DNA of 61,451 nt, the filler included, from Dugesia japonica (lineage: Eukaryota): the NCBI GenBank assembly GCA_001938525.1. It is 5 parts of 5 records of this genome, joined end to end, with 100 filler letters (N's around TTAATTAATTAA, not from the genome) between each part and the next. Parts side by side here need not be neighbours in the genome. Positions count along the whole stretch, not along the records: positions 26,115 to 42,336 come from MQRL01594309.1; positions 42,437 to 52,106 come from MQRL01614408.1; 3 more parts are not named here. One strand, written 5' to 3'. Positions 37,336-51,073 of the stretch are shown one piece after another. The position numbers and the translations under genes are program-made. Each line of letters opens with the position of its first letter. The stretch's first letter is position 1. Below the pieces are notes generated by a model, which did no database searches, was not told the origin of the DNA, and was given only the letters and a program-made list of their open reading frames with translations.

Positions 37336-38229
37336 GTATGTTCTTGTTTTTATTAAATTTTTCTACTAAATTATTTATTAATTTAAACCTAAAAATTTAT
37401 AATGATAGCATTTTTATTTATATTTCATTTAAAAAATGGACATTTTTAGTGTATTGTTTTACAATTAAAATAAATATAAACAAAATTTTATGTAATTCAG
37501 TTAGAGTGGATATTTGGAGAATATATGTATCAATTATAATTTCCATAAAAATTTCAAAATAAAATTAAGTTTTTTTGTAAAATAATGATTCGAATAAATT
37601 GAAAATTATACATTATTCTCAACGTTACTTAAGATATGCAATTGTAATTTTTACTGTGAGCTTCGGGTAGCATTTCATTATTGGCACAATGAGATTTTTT
37701 ATATGAAATTTATAACATAACTCGATTATATTTATATGTATTATAAGAAGAGCTGTTGAAGTTTTTTTTACAAAGAACAGAAAATAATATATTTAAAAGT
37801 TTACTAAACTATTTTAATTTGAAAAATTTATAATAAAATATCTTAAATTTGATTAAATAATACCAAGTAAAATTTAATTACTTTTTATTTGAAAAAAATT
37901 TAAATTAAAAATTATTTATATTTTATATCGCAATTCGCAGAAACTACCAGGTGCTGTATATAAACCAATATCAGTTGGTTTGCGATAGATTTAACAGATT
38001 AATAAATAGATCTTGGACTCTCTTTTCTTAAATAAAAATCGATATTATAAATCAATTGTAAAAAAATACCTTATGAAACAATTGAAAACATTGTACTTAT
38101 CATGAATAACAATCTAAATGTCTAAAAGGTTATTAAAGACTCAGAAAATTTTAATAAAATCAGTTGTTTTAAATATTCCTAAAAAATTAAATATTTAAAT
38201 ATTTTAAAAATGGTTTCAAAAATATTCAG

Positions 38230-38465
38230 TAAATTTTGAGAATTTTAAGATTGTCTCAGTCTTCAAAAATTATTAATACGTTCGGTAATAAGTCTAAGAC
38301 TCGTTATGGATTGGATTTTAATATTTATTTATAAATATACCACTTGCGTTGGAGAGACTTCCCGTAATCTCTGTAAAAGAATTCAGGAACACAGTCGGTT
38401 AGGTAGTCACAGCAATATTGCAGAACATAATATTCAGTGTAAATCAGTTGTTAATATTAACAAAT
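38230..38465 (+). mobile_element. Penelope-like GIY-YIG fragment
   Basis: TCVGETSRNLCKRIQEHSRLGSHSNIAEH, similar to 28210-28300. Confidence 0.8.
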
Positions 38466-38884
38466 ATTGGTTTAAAAGGCGTATTTCTGTGTTTGTCAAT
38501 ATTTTTAAAAATTTTTGTAAAATGATATCCTGAGGTTTTCCATTTTTCAAGAAATACATAAAAGTATTTCATACTTTAAGAAAAAAAGAAGCATATACTT
38601 GCTTTCTTGAAATGTGTATTGATAAAAATATGATTACAAAGTTTATATTTACAAAATCAATAAACAATTGCTTTTCAAAAGAAGACACCAGAAAGATTCA
38701 CATGAAAATTTTAAGAAGGATGTTGGAATGTGAAAATGAAATTTATTTTTTAAAAATAAAAATTTCGAATTAAAGATATTATGTAAGCCGTTCCTAGGTT
38801 TGAAACAACTATTTTGTATTTTTAATTAAAATAATTTTTTTGATCTGCAATACATTGAAAATATCCTATTAAAATTTTCAAATT

Positions 38885-39026
38885 GGAGGTTGTTTTGAAA
38901 TTTTATCTACTTAAGGGGGTTTATTCAGTAAAGCAGTGTTAATTATCGCTTTTATTACGAGGGGAAACGGGACTGTTATTTTTATATCAACTTAATTGAC
39001 ATCCACTTAAGCGGGTTGAATTGTAT
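38885..39026. mobile_element. Tigger/pogo-like MITE end
   Basis: ATCCACTTAAGCGGGTTGAATTG-TA terminus, with an internal repeat CTACTTAAGGGGG. Confidence 0.4.
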
Positions 39027-39424
39027 TTCACTTTTATATTGTTAAAACGGTGCTCATAATAAGGTGATATATAAATATATATTTACACTAATTATTTACT
39101 TTATTTTACTCTGTATATTCTTTAGTTAACATTTTAATGTAGTGAAATATGAAATTGGAACTAAATTCTATATGAAATTGTATGATATATTCAATTTATT
39201 GATTTTTCACACATACGATGATCATAATTTATTAAAATTTATTATGAAAATAAATTTGGGATAAACATTAATATTGCTACATATGTTTCATTTTACTATC
39301 TCGTTATCGACTTATTATCTAATTTTTCTAATTAATTTTCGGATGTAAAACACAATCAAATGTCCGATCAACTAATTGATAAATTATAGGATCATTTTAA
39401 GTAAATATTTGTTGTGTTCTATGA

Positions 39425-40340
39425 CAGTGTTTCTCAACCTTTTGCTGCATGCTAACATTATATCCTTTTCAAGACTCAATCTATTTTTTTTGTTTCGTAA
39501 TTCAATTAACACAGAAAAACTAACTACACACAAATAGGTACTGNNNNNNNNNNNNNNNNNNNNNNNNNNNNNNNNNNNNNNNNNNNNNNNNNNNNNNNNN
39601 NNTTTTTTTTACCAAAACGCTGAAACATTTCCTTCCATTTTCCCTCTGGTATCGACAGAAATCTCAATTATTTTTTCTTGCATAACATCTAAAATTCCGG
39701 CTTGTTCAATAAAATTATCATTGAATGCATCTAAAATCCAAATCTTCTGCTTGTATTCATTTTCATACATAAAATGAAAAGATTCTTCAAATTTTAATTC
39801 CAAATTTTTCAAATGTATAGATATTGTGGTTTTAAAACTTTAATTTAAAGTTATTTTGTTTTCTTGAACAAAATTAATAAACTGTGGAAATGATGCAAAA
39901 TTTCCGCTTAACACATTTTTCATCCAAAAATGGTATTTTCTTCTTAAATGCAATTACTTTCTGGGTGTTTTGTATGCAAATGCCTTTTTAATAACGACGG
40001 CTTCATACAGTGGTTTGAGAGTTTTTCATAACAAATCAAACAAACTGGCAATGGTGGTTCTTTTTCGTTTGTAGTAAATATAAAATTGAGGAAATTTGTA
40101 TTATAACTACGAATTTTTTTATTTGTTAAAAGTTCAGTATTATCACGTTTTTCTTTCGAAACTAGTTCTTCTAAACATTCTTCGTGTTCATCTGAACAAG
40201 TNTGACAGTTAAAATATTTCCTTGAATTGCATTTTTCATTTTCGTAATATTATAGAATAGTTTGATTTCACAGAATGAACATTTTTTACCTTGAGTATCG
40301 AATCGGATTTGTAATGTTTAAATTTATTTATTTTATTTCA
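39425..40340 (-). mobile_element. hAT (Buster/Charlie) transposase remnant with one TIR
   Basis: TIR CAGTGTTTCTCAACCTTT at 39425. SGNFASFPQF...IHLKNLELKFEESF...WILDAF...EKIIEISVD...FW is typical of the Buster/ZBED5-type C-terminus. Confidence 0.75.
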
Positions 40341-40460
40341 TATATTCTATTTGTAAAATTANNNNNNNNNNNNNNNNNNNNNNNNNNNNNNNNNNNNNNN
40401 NNNNNNNNNNNACATTTTACAAAATGTTGTTAAATGAATTTTATTAATTAAAATATGTTT

Positions 40461-40606
40461 TACAATTACAATTATTGCGAGAATAATTGTTGAAAGTAAC
40501 CATTGATCGTTTTTCAGAAACAAAAGCTTCGATCAAAATTTTTTTTTTATGATTTTGATAATTATTATCAAAAACGAAAAAAAAGTTTGATAGAAGCTTT
40601 TGTTTT
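40461..40606. mobile_element. short fold-back copy of the hammerhead family (centre lost)
   Basis: ACAATTATTGCGAGAATAATTGT terminal hairpin plus inverted arms AAACAAAAGCTTCGATCAAA...TTTGATAGAAGCTTTTGTTT. Confidence 0.75.
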
Positions 40607-41469
40607 AATTTTAATCAGAATATGGTCTAATAATGTTACTACACTTTTACCAACGATATAGTAATTAACATATTCCATTTTTTAATAGTAAAATGAGAAA
40701 TAAAATTTTCCATGTTTTCAGATATTTTAAAAAGTCAATTGAAAACTCGGCAACAAATTTTTAATATAGATTTGAAATAGAATATTATTGTAATTCATCA
40801 ATTTAATATTAAATTTTTTATCAGTTTAATGAAGAGTTATTTAATTTCACATATTTTTTCTTATGGTATTCTGATCTCATACTAGCAATCTTCACTTTCA
40901 ACCGTATTGACATTTAAATAACTAGAGAATTAATTCTCTTAAACAAATATTATAGAAATAAATTAAAATTGCTTTTATTTCTTCTTTAGATACTATTGAT
41001 ATTCAAATTAAAGAAAAATAACTTGAATGGAGTAGAAATTTTATTGATTTTTAAAAAAAATTTTCTATTAAAAAAGTTTCAAGAAACATCTGACGTAGTA
41101 TTATTTTTTACATGTTTCACCTTAAACTATCAATTAAAAAATCGATATTTTATCTATTCATCTGTGTCACTATTATGTTATCTAAATTCATATGAATAAC
41201 CATAATTATTATAAATTATTAATTGACTTATTGTTATCATTATGTCAATCGCTCCTGTTATTTTTGTATAGAGTTGTTAATTTTTTTTTCTAAATTGAAT
41301 ATTAACTGTCTTTATTATTTTATTTGAATTAAATTTCTATTCAAAAAATTAATCACCTTTTTAAAGCTATACATGTCATTTAATTTAAACAAAATAATTA
41401 AAATCCTTATTCCAATGGAAATTTTATTGAAAGATTTTCACTGTTCAGATTAATTTAATTACAAATAAG

Positions 41470-41990
41470 TAGCTTCACTATTTGCAAAATTTAATCAGTT
41501 TCCGATTCCATGGCTAAAGAAATCCTTTATTTTGGAATTAAATAAGTTATCAAGTCAATGTTGAAGCGCGACGTCATCATCAAAGGAGATTCATTGAATA
41601 TTGTTAGCTAGATATTGAAACAAATAAGAATCTGATGGAGCGAGATGTGGAGAGTAAGGTCGATGTGAAATGACCTCTTAATCAAGATCCTGAATAGCTG
41701 TTTTTGTGATGTATCCAGTATGAGCACGAGCGTTATCGTGCTACAAAATTACTTTAGGATTTCTGTCCGGTCTTTTTATTTAATTTCAGTTTCATGATAA
41801 CACAGTTATTGACAGTAAATGTTGATAACGATGTTTATATTTCTTGGAAGCAATTTATAGTAGATTATAGCTTTTTTTGTCCAACCAAATGCTCATCACT
41901 TTACACGGATCAGTACTAGGTTTCACTCGAGACGTTATCTTTTCGTTAGGCCTATGCAATCTCTATTTCTTCTTGGTGTTCTCGTAAATT
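41470..41990 (-). mobile_element. mariner (DD34D) transposase remnant
   Basis: VIL*HDNARAHT and HRPYSPHLAPSDSYLF (YSPDLAPxD motif). Confidence 0.88.
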
Positions 41991-42436
41991 CAGACAACAG
42001 ACGAAGCAAATCGAATTAGTTTTGGCTATATATTCCCATAATTTTTTTAAAATTCGTTTCATCTGAAAACAATACATTGAAATAATAAATACAAAAATGA
42101 AGTGAAAGAAAATGATATTTTAAAATTTTTAATTTTCAAATTAAAAATTTTCAATAGAGAAATGTGAAGTTAATTGATTTGGTGCTGATTAACCAGATTT
42201 TATTAAATAACTGTTTAAATGTTATTGAATTTCCACGGCCCTTTTCTGGTTAAATTTCTATAAAAATTGATGGTCTCAGCAATAGATCTTGGAACTTTTG
42301 AACTTCAAAATTCGTTAGGTTCGTTTTCACCAGAAANNNNNNNNNNNNNNNNNNNNNNNNNNNNNNNNNNNNNNNNNNNNTTAATTAATTAANNNNNNNN
42401 NNNNNNNNNNNNNNNNNNNNNNNNNNNNNNNNNNNN

Positions 42437-42489
<53 letters not shown>
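42437..42489 (+). repeat. (TAA)n microsatellite
   Basis: About 17 perfect TAA units. Confidence 0.95.
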
Positions 42490-42979
42490 TGTAAGTTATA
42501 ATTTATTTTAAGCAAAATTACTTACTTATTTTAAATTGACCGAAATAATAGATTTCGAAAAAGATTACGATAATCAGTAGTGTATATAAGATAGTAAAAA
42601 TCCACCAGAAAATAATTCTGTTATATAACTAAAAATAAATATCACATCAATAGTTTTATTAATTTAAATCGGTTATATCTCTAAAATATTCCTTTTCATT
42701 TTAAATTTGAAAACATTTTGAAATGGTATTGTATTCAACTACAAGTAAATCTTTTAAATTAAAAAATGTATAAAACGTTTTGATTAATTTTTTTAATAAA
42801 ATGTTAGTTTTGTAAATTTAACTTAAATCATATTTTTTTTTAAAAATAATATTTGTATTTGATTAATTATATTTACTAGAAGTAGTGCATGTTATATGAA
42901 TTTTTCTACGGTTTCGACTAATATGTAATTCTCTTTTACAAGTCCAAACTCTCACTAGTCTTCTCATCGGACATTATCT

Positions 42980-43640
42980 GTGACTATGACCTTATTATTA
43001 TTATTCGACCAACATCTAAATATATCATTAAACCTCACCAAACTAAATTGTTTTTTTCCATTCAAATTCCAAGCTTTCTGCTTAAAACTTACCGTTTCTT
43101 TCGAACTGCTTCAAACTACATTAATTTGCTCTATTTCATTCTCCAGTTTATCTTAAGATCGCAAACTTTCTTAAATGTCATCGACGTCATGTAATTTTCT
43201 CAGAAGTAATTTTTCTTCAGCAAAGTAAATTAAAATCTTTGCTACCATGTTTTCCCGNNNNNNNNNNNNNNNNNNNNATAAGTTATTTACCAGTTTTTCT
43301 ACTTTAGGCAAATCTCGTATCATGCTTCTTTCCTTTTGAAACGCTAAACGAAGTCTATCCTGGAATCCTTCTGGCATTTTAAATGTTTCTATATTTATTG
43401 TGTTTCTATTTTCTACATACTTCACAACTAGTTTCTCTTCTATCAGAAACGTTACTAAACGCTCCTGATCTTTTTTTGTGTATTCACATGACTCCAAAAT
43501 ACATTTCGCACTTGAATATAAATTTTGCATGATCTTGTCTTCTGTAGATATTTGACATAAGGCGGTCTGTATTCTCTGTACCAACCGCTACCACCATATT
43601 AGAAGCGGAGCATTTATACTCATTCAAAATAGCTTCAGAC
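42980..43640 (-). mobile_element. possible LTR-retrotransposon gag-like ORF fragment
   Basis: 137-aa intronless, charged, helical ORF. No diagnostic motif recognised. Confidence 0.3.
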
Positions 43641-44273
43641 ATAATTTTCAAATATTAATTCCCAATACAAATAAACAAATTTTTATTCCAATAAAATCAG
43701 CTAATTGAAAAAATCTGGAATCTTTCGCAAAATAGTTAATGTCAATTAATGCGCTTCTTAATTTAATTTCACTTCTTCAAATTCTGATTATTTAAACAAC
43801 TACTTGTTATTTTTTAATAAATTAATTTTTTATTAATTTCTAAAATTGAACACTTAAAAATATTCAATTAGTTATCCTGACAATATTGATTTTTGATATT
43901 TTACAATGGTATCTTTTTAATTATTTTTCATTTCATCAATATCATATATAATACTGAATAAATGAAATCAAATGATTTCATTGGGTAAATAGATTGATTT
44001 TCAAATTNNNNNNNNNNNNNNNNNNNNNNNNNNNNNNNNNNNNNNNNNNNNNNNNNNNNNNNNNNNNNNNNNNNNNNNNNNNNNNNNNNNNNNNNNNNNN
44101 NNNNNNNNNNNNNNNNNNNNNNNNNNNNNNNNNNNNNNNNNNNNNNNNNNNNNNNNNNNNNNNNNNNNNNNNNNNNNNNNNNNNNNNNNNNNNNNNNNNN
44201 NNNNNNNNNNNNNNNNNNNNNNNNNNNNNNNNNNNNNNNNNNNNNNNNNNNNNNNNNNNNNNNNNNNNNNNNN

Positions 44274-46390
44274 TAAAGATAAATTACTAAAATAATATTT
44301 ATTCAAAATAAAACAGGTTCAAATTTTCCTCTTCTAAAATCGGAATATTTAAACACTTCATTTTATATTATATCACATCCCTCTTTTTATCATTCGAATC
44401 CCCGGAATCTTGTTTGTTTAAGTCTTTCTTTCTTCTTCCTTGTCTCTTGCTTGTTAATTGTTCCGGTTTCACTATTAAACTCTTTTTTGATTGGCTTATT
44501 ATTGTTGTGTTCTTAAGACTCTCTTTTCCTTTCTCCTCAAGTTTTTCTATTGTAAATCTTTTCATTTGATTAACATTACGATTTAGCGATTTCCCTTTGT
44601 AATCCATTCTTATATTATCGTATGGTAATATTTCCGTAACTTGACATGGTCCTTTAAATTGCTTCTTTAACATTCCGTTATTTTCTGATTTGAACATTAC
44701 CATATCGCCAATTTATATATAATAATATATTATTATTAATAATTACATTCTCTTTTGCTTTTTATATTTTGATTTATTCTTTCAAAATTTACTTTAATAG
44801 TCTCTAAATATTGATATAGACTTTTCGAATTGACTTGTTTGTTATTTAGATAAGCTTGGAATTGTTTGCCAAAAGCTTCTTCAAGAGCAAAATAATTTGT
44901 TGTTTAATTTTTTGTTATTCTCATACCTATTTCGACGAATGGAATGACATCTATCCAATTTGTGAGAAATTTTAAGCTGATTGCACAAATTATATATTTT
45001 GCAGTTCTAAAATTTCTTTCTACCAGGTCGTTTCCTTGATGATAGTATGAGCTTGCAAAGGCTTGATTTATTTTAAGAACTTTACAAAGTTCTTCCATGA
45101 AATTGTTTTTGAACTGACCTCCATTATCGGAGTGAATAGTTTTTGGCATTCCAAAGATTGCAATTCATATTTTAAACAATTTATTTATTACTTGTCTTGA
45201 TTTGATGCCTTTAAGAAGGATTAACATGGTACATCTTGTGAAGACATCTATCACACCTAAAGTATATCTATAGCCTTTACATTCTGGTAATGGTCCAGTG
45301 ATATCTATGCATATCTTTTCAAATGCCTCATAAGCCACAAAATGTTTCTCAGGAATGTAGTTTGAAATTATTCCATTCTTTCGATTTATACATGGATTGC
45401 ACTTATCAATAAAGGATTTTATCTCTTTACTCATATTCTTCTAATCATAATATTTCTGAACTAATATCTTTGTCTTTATTAATCCTGGATGGTTCATGTT
45501 GTTATGATAATATTCCATTATTTCCTTTTTCCTTTAAGACGTGAAATCATTTTTTAGAACTCGAATAATTGGCTTCTCATCATTTTCTTTTTAGATCAGT
45601 TTCACATTTCTTCGTTTTTTGGTTCATTATGTCTGAGTTCACATTGCTTACATTCTGGTCGGCTCATATAGTCTGCGTTTATGTGTAATCTGCCAGGTCG
45701 GTGTTCAATATCAAAATTATATTCTTCTAATTCTGTGATCCAAGTAAAATACTGTGATGTATTTGGATTTTTCCAACTTTTTAGCCACAATAATGCTTTA
45801 TGATCAGTTTTTATTTTAAAACTTCTCCCGAAAAAATAATGCCTAAATTGTTTCACAAAAACGTAGATAGCTAATAATTCCTTACGAGTAACACAATATT
45901 TCAATTCTGAATTTGTCAGCTTCTTCGACATATATGCGATAACGTTTTCATCTCCATTTTGAACTTGACTTAAGATTTGCCCAATATGACTGTGACTTGC
46001 ATCTGTGTCAAATATAAACACACCTTCTTTCAGAGGATAAGCTAGAACTGGATCTAATGTTAGAAGTTTCTGTATCTTTTTAAATGCTTCTTTTCCTTCA
46101 GCATTCCAAATTATTGGATTTTTGCTATATTTTCCATTTATTTTTTGTTTGTCTTGTTTCAGTATCTTTTATAAATCTTTTATAAATTTTCTATAATAGT
46201 TACAGAAAGCTATAAAAGAATGTAGATCTGAGTAACACCCTGGTTCTGACCAATTTCGGACTTTTTCTATCTTTATTGGATCTGTTTTTAAACCTTCTGC
46301 CGTAATTTTATGACCCAGATATGAAACTTCCTTTAGCAAAGAATTACATTTTTCAGGTTTTAATTTAACTCCCGATTCTTCTATTCTAGT
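44274..46390 (-). mobile_element. Ty3/Gypsy element 3' half (RT end, RNase H, integrase, PPT, LTR start)
   Basis: FIFDTDASHSHIGQILSQ, YCVTRKELLAI, KTDHKAL, IDITGPLP, IHSDNGGQF, YHQGNDLVER. PPT AAAAAGAGGGA followed by TGTGATA at 44377. Confidence 0.95.
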
Positions 46391-46577
46391 CCTTGTTTTA
46401 TGAAATTCGAATTATTTTTTCATTATAATACCATACAAGTTCAAGCATTACTTAAATAATTTCTATCATTGTTCATCATATTATTATTTTTCANNNNNNN
46501 NNNNNNNNNNNNNNNNNNNNNNNNNNNNNNNNNNNNNNNNNNNNNNNNNNNNNNNNNNNNNNNNNNNNNNNNNNNNA

Positions 46578-47075
46578 ACTTAGTGTATATTTATTGAAGA
46601 TTTTTATAAATATATTAAAAAAAGCCTTAGTGACTTAAAGAAAATTTAGATATATTTTAAAACTTAGTCTATATTTTGTATGTTTTAGTTAAAATTAATT
46701 AAAAATTTATTAAGGAAATCTTAGGAAATTTAAGAAACCTATTGCATGTTTATTGAAATGAATGGTCAAATGTAATAAGCGAATGGATTATTTTGAATGA
46801 ATAGTCAAATAGTTCGATTAATTACTTGTTTTAAAGTTATTTTTATTTTCAAAGGATTTAATAGGTGAATAAATTACATATCATAAATTTCATAAAATCA
46901 GGAGGATAATTCAAGCTATTTATTGATACAGTTAAATCTTATGAAATCCAAGAAAGGTTATGAAACTTAGTATATTCATTGAATCTTTATATAAATTTAT
47001 TAAAATTCAAAGTAACTTAAAGAAAATTTACACATATTTTAAAACTTAGTCTATATTTTGTATTTTTAATTTCTA
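46578..47075 (+). repeat. direct repeats (~110 bp; 46578-46690 and 46963-47070)
   Basis: AACTTAGT.TAT.T.ATTGAA...ACTTAAAGAAAATTTA.A.ATATTTTAAAACTTAGTCTATATTTTGTAT occurs twice. Confidence 0.8.
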
Positions 47076-47384
47076 AACCAAGTCCAATTCAATTTTGAAA
47101 TTTGAAACTTTTACATTTATTTCACTTAAATTTGATAATACTATCTTACCTTTCTTATCATTATTGATATTAGCTTCTCACACTCTTGTTTCTAACTTAG
47201 AGTAATAAATCGTACTAAAGAATGAAGTAAAATCTAACTTTGATAAGAAATAATTCAATAAGTATTACTTGCTTGTCATTATGTTGGTCTAAGTAATACA
47301 CGTCAATAAATTCTAATGTAGCGAGGCATATTTACAACAATTAGTTTAATGAATACATCTGGTTTAATGGTCTTATATTAAATG

Positions 47385-48960
47385 ATAAAACTATGATTTT
47401 CTTGTTAAAACCCATATTTTCATGATTATATCCATATTTGCCTTTAAACAAGTATTTTCCATTAAACCTATATATTTAATGTTGAAATCAATATTTTTAA
47501 TGACAAATCAAGTATTTTCTATGTTGAACTCATATTTTCTAACAATATAACTGATAATTATGTATTTAAAACCAACCCAATAAAACTAAAGAGGAAGAAG
47601 GGTTCCCAAGAAGCAGAAGGAATATCAGTCGTTTAAAATATACTGAAATGATTATATTATTTTATATAAAAAGCAGATCATATGAGGTCTTACTAACCAT
47701 TCAGTTATAGGGTATCCTTTTATTTTTAAATGTTACTCTTTAAAATAGAAATCTAATAGAAATTAGACAAACAATATAGATAAATATATCTAAATAACAG
47801 AAAATGATGGGGGAAATAGACAAAATATAGCTAAAGAGGGTAAATATAACTAAATATGATTAGATAAGGGTAAATACTGAAAATATGGTTAAATTATTGA
47901 AAATAACTAAGATTTGGCAAAATGATATAAAATAGACAAAAATGGACACTAATGTGTATAGATTAAAAATATTAAATGACTGTATGTATAAACTAATTGT
48001 AGTATAGTTAGTGAGTATATTAAATATTTTCTAAGACCAAACCAGTACTTTCTATGTTAAACTTTTATTTTCAATAATTTCATAACATTTCTATGATAAA
48101 GCTAGTACTTTCACCGATGAACCATTATTTTCTAATGTTGAAATTCATATTGTCAATAACGAAACCATATAATAATGTATAATTTAAAGTCAAACGATTA
48201 ATTTTAAGGACTGATAAGTAGATATTTAAAAGAAAATAAACCCATGAAAACTAAAGTGCACGCAAGGATATCATTGAACAAGCAAGGAACCAAGAAGAAA
48301 GCAAAAAAGCAGAAGAATAATCAGATGATTAAAATGTATTGAAATAGTTATATTATTTTAAATAAGAAGCATGCGATATCAAATCTTACTCAACATCACT
48401 CAGTCATATTGTCTTTTCTTAATCTCTAATGTCACTTTTTAAACATTAATGAAGTGAGATCTTTGGAAATATGAAGTGAAATATACATTAAAACCCAATA
48501 GAAAATAGAGAAAATATTGCTAAAATAGGAAAATAAGATAAAAAATATAACTGACGAAGGGTAAATTATGGAAAATTATCAAAAATAGTGGAAATGGTGG
48601 AAAAATCCACGAAAATGTACAAAAATTATACAAATTAAGCATATTAAATGGCTATGTATAGAGTAAATGCAGTATAATCAGTGACTAAATTTACTCTATT
48701 AAATATTTTCCATGTCCAAACTCATATTTTTTACTGGTAAAACTAGTTTTTTTTATCATAAGTCTATTATCTTTCAGTGATAAACCAATTTTTTTAGCAT
48801 TCTCAAAAACAAAATCATAAAATAATATTTAAGTTATAAGATTGATTTTATTAACAATTTAACTACTAATAAGGTATCTTAAAGAAAATAGAAACCTATA
48901 AAACCAAGGTGAGCGCAAAGAAACCAATGAGCAATCAAAGATGAAAACAAATAGTGAATT
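47385..48960 (+). repeat. degenerate tandem repeat, ~660-bp period, ~2.4 copies
   Basis: Anchors AAAAC(T/C)AA(A/G)G at ~47582, ~48247 and ~48900. GCAGAAG...AAAAT.TA.TGAAAT..TTATATTATTTTA occurs twice, as does AAATGxCT.TGTATA. Confidence 0.65.
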
Positions 48961-49299
48961 ATTTAATTGAAAGGAATACTTTTTTCTCACAAGATAAAAC
49001 TATAACTTATTAATAGATGTTTGTCATATTACCTAATCATCCAATAAAATAAACCAAATGACATTATAGACATTCAAGCCCAATACACAAATAAGAAGAA
49101 ATACAGCAAAATACAGGACAATGTTAAACACAGCACAGAGAATCCCGTAAAAACTAATCTTCAAGACCGCAAAAATCGTACCAAAAGAATATTACTTGAA
49201 ACAAAGTTGGAAATTCGAGACTCGATTATTGATATTATCCAGAGTAATATCCCAAAATGATCCACTAAAATCATTACTTATAAGCCTTACCTAGGGAAT

Positions 49300-50525
49300 A
49301 AATTTAATTCTTCAAAGCTAAGTCAGAACTCAAAGCAAAATTCATGAGTAATATGAAGAAAACTGTCATGATTATACTAAATGAAGATAACATCACTGCT
49401 TATCCGAGAATTAATAATATTATCAATTACTTCAGTCACTTGAAACGTGATTCCAAAGATTGGAGTCCAGTTATGAAATATTGTAAAGCTTCAGACTTAG
49501 AAATGATTGCAGCGCATAAAGCTATTTATGAAATTAAGAAGGCGAACAACACATCTCCAGACAATGATGGTATTCATTACAGAGATCTCGCACTGGTTGA
49601 TTTAGAGGGAATACTGATATAGTTTCTCTACAATAAATCATTAAATCCGGTAATGTTCCAAATTCAAAACAAATTTAATACCCAAATCTGACTAGGAAAA
49701 TCAATATGACAATGTTGCTTCATGGAGACCAGTGATTTACAAAGTTTCTGCTTCAATTATAGCTTGTAGACTTACACAATGGATAAACATCAATGGATTT
49801 CTGTATATTAGCCAGAAAAGTGGTTCTAAACATGAGGGTTGTGTTGAACACANTTCAATATTGCGAGCGGCTTTAAGACATTGTAAATATAGTAAACACA
49901 CGCCACTTACTGTTGCTTGGTTAGACATTAAGGATGCATTTTGTAGTGTGTCACACGACTATTTGTGTAATATTCTTAGATATATTGCAGTTTCAAATGA
50001 TTTTATCAAATTATTAGAATCTCTCTGTTCACACACAAAATTGAATTACTGTCGTGGATCTCTAGTTACTCCGAACATTCCTATTTTTAAAAGTGTAAAA
50101 TAAGGGTCTCTTATTTCCATGATTTTATTTTCCATTGCAATAAATACCATTTAAAAATCCATAAGCTGTAGTGAACTTCCTGTTTTTTCGATAGGCCCTT
50201 CATAAATACAATCTGTAGATTATACAGACGATATTGCTCTCATCGCAAATAACGCTTTCGATTTACAAATTTTTATTAATAAAGAAGTCGTAACGGCCGA
50301 AATTATTTGTTTTTAATATGGTCCTTGAAAATGTACGTTTATTGTACGGATGTTGTAAATGAAAAACAAGAAACACAAAAAATCGAAACAAGAAACACAA
50401 GAAACACACAATCGATTTTGATAACAACAAAATTACAGTCTCTAATGAAAATATCAGAGATCTTATAACTGCTGAATTCCTTCAATATCTTGGCGTTCTT
50501 GTAGGTGAAAACAATGATTAAAGCC
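49300..50525 (+). mobile_element. non-LTR retrotransposon RT pseudogene (R2/NeSL/Utopia-like)
   Basis: TSPDNDGIHY, SWRP, IYKVSASIIACRLTQW, SQKSG..EGCVEH, AWLDIKDAFCSVSHD, SVK*G, YTDDIAL, FLQYLGV. Confidence 0.9.
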
Positions 50526-50816
50526 CATATTTAAAATTATAATAATTATAATCATAGTGGAATTTCGCACCGGTGCTTGAAAACCTCAGCAGTTTCTAGC
50601 ACCTTAGTACTTAGGGTACATATTAGTGGAATATATGAATTTGAATTTGCGTGCTTATATTTTGTTTGCTAAGTTGATGTATTTATTGATTGATTGTGTT
50701 CTCAATTACTAAGTAAGAGCGAGCTTTCTCAATATAATAGTTTAAAATGATATTATATATATGTTTTTAATCATACAACTTTTATTTTCTTGCCCAATTC
50801 AAATTTTAATTATTTT

Positions 50817-51073
50817 CATTTAATATAAAAGCTTTGATCACAATTTTGGTTTTTTATTGATATTAGATAACAATTAGATAACAATATTTTGACCTTGTCT
50901 TCGTCAAGAATTGACTCAGGAAAAAAATCATTTCCTGACGAAGACAAGGTCAAAATATCGAATTGTTATCTAATATCAATAAAAAACAAAAACTTTGATC
51001 AAAGCGTTTATATTAAATGAATTCTATAAAACGATCAATGGTTATGTCCAACAATTATTCTCGCAATAATTGC
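50817..51073. mobile_element. short fold-back element with hammerhead motifs in both arms
   Basis: Arms ~50815-50916 / 50926-51021, a tail ending in the CAATTATTCTCGCAATAATTG hairpin, and a 15-bp TSD AATTTTAATTATTTT (50802-50816 / 51074-51088). Confidence 0.85.
50929..50965 (+). ncRNA. minimal hammerhead motif (G12>A, probably inactive)
   Basis: CAUUUC-CUGACGA-A-GAC(AAG)GUC-AAAA-UA-UC-GAAUUG. Confidence 0.55.

Noticed and set aside
37242-37562. 106-aa ORF from the track taken as a whole protein
   Set aside because: Only codons from ATG 37254 to the GT donor at 37336 match DEGS. The rest is intron read-through.
43994-44306. ORFs made mostly of X (also 5530-5730 and 35500-35745)
   Set aside because: They are artefacts of translating N gaps.
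47150-47191. Exon-like 42-nt segment ttag|...|gtaaga on the minus strand
   Set aside because: The peptide KQECEKLISIMIRK does not resemble the next SIDT region, and such sites arise by chance in AT-rich DNA.
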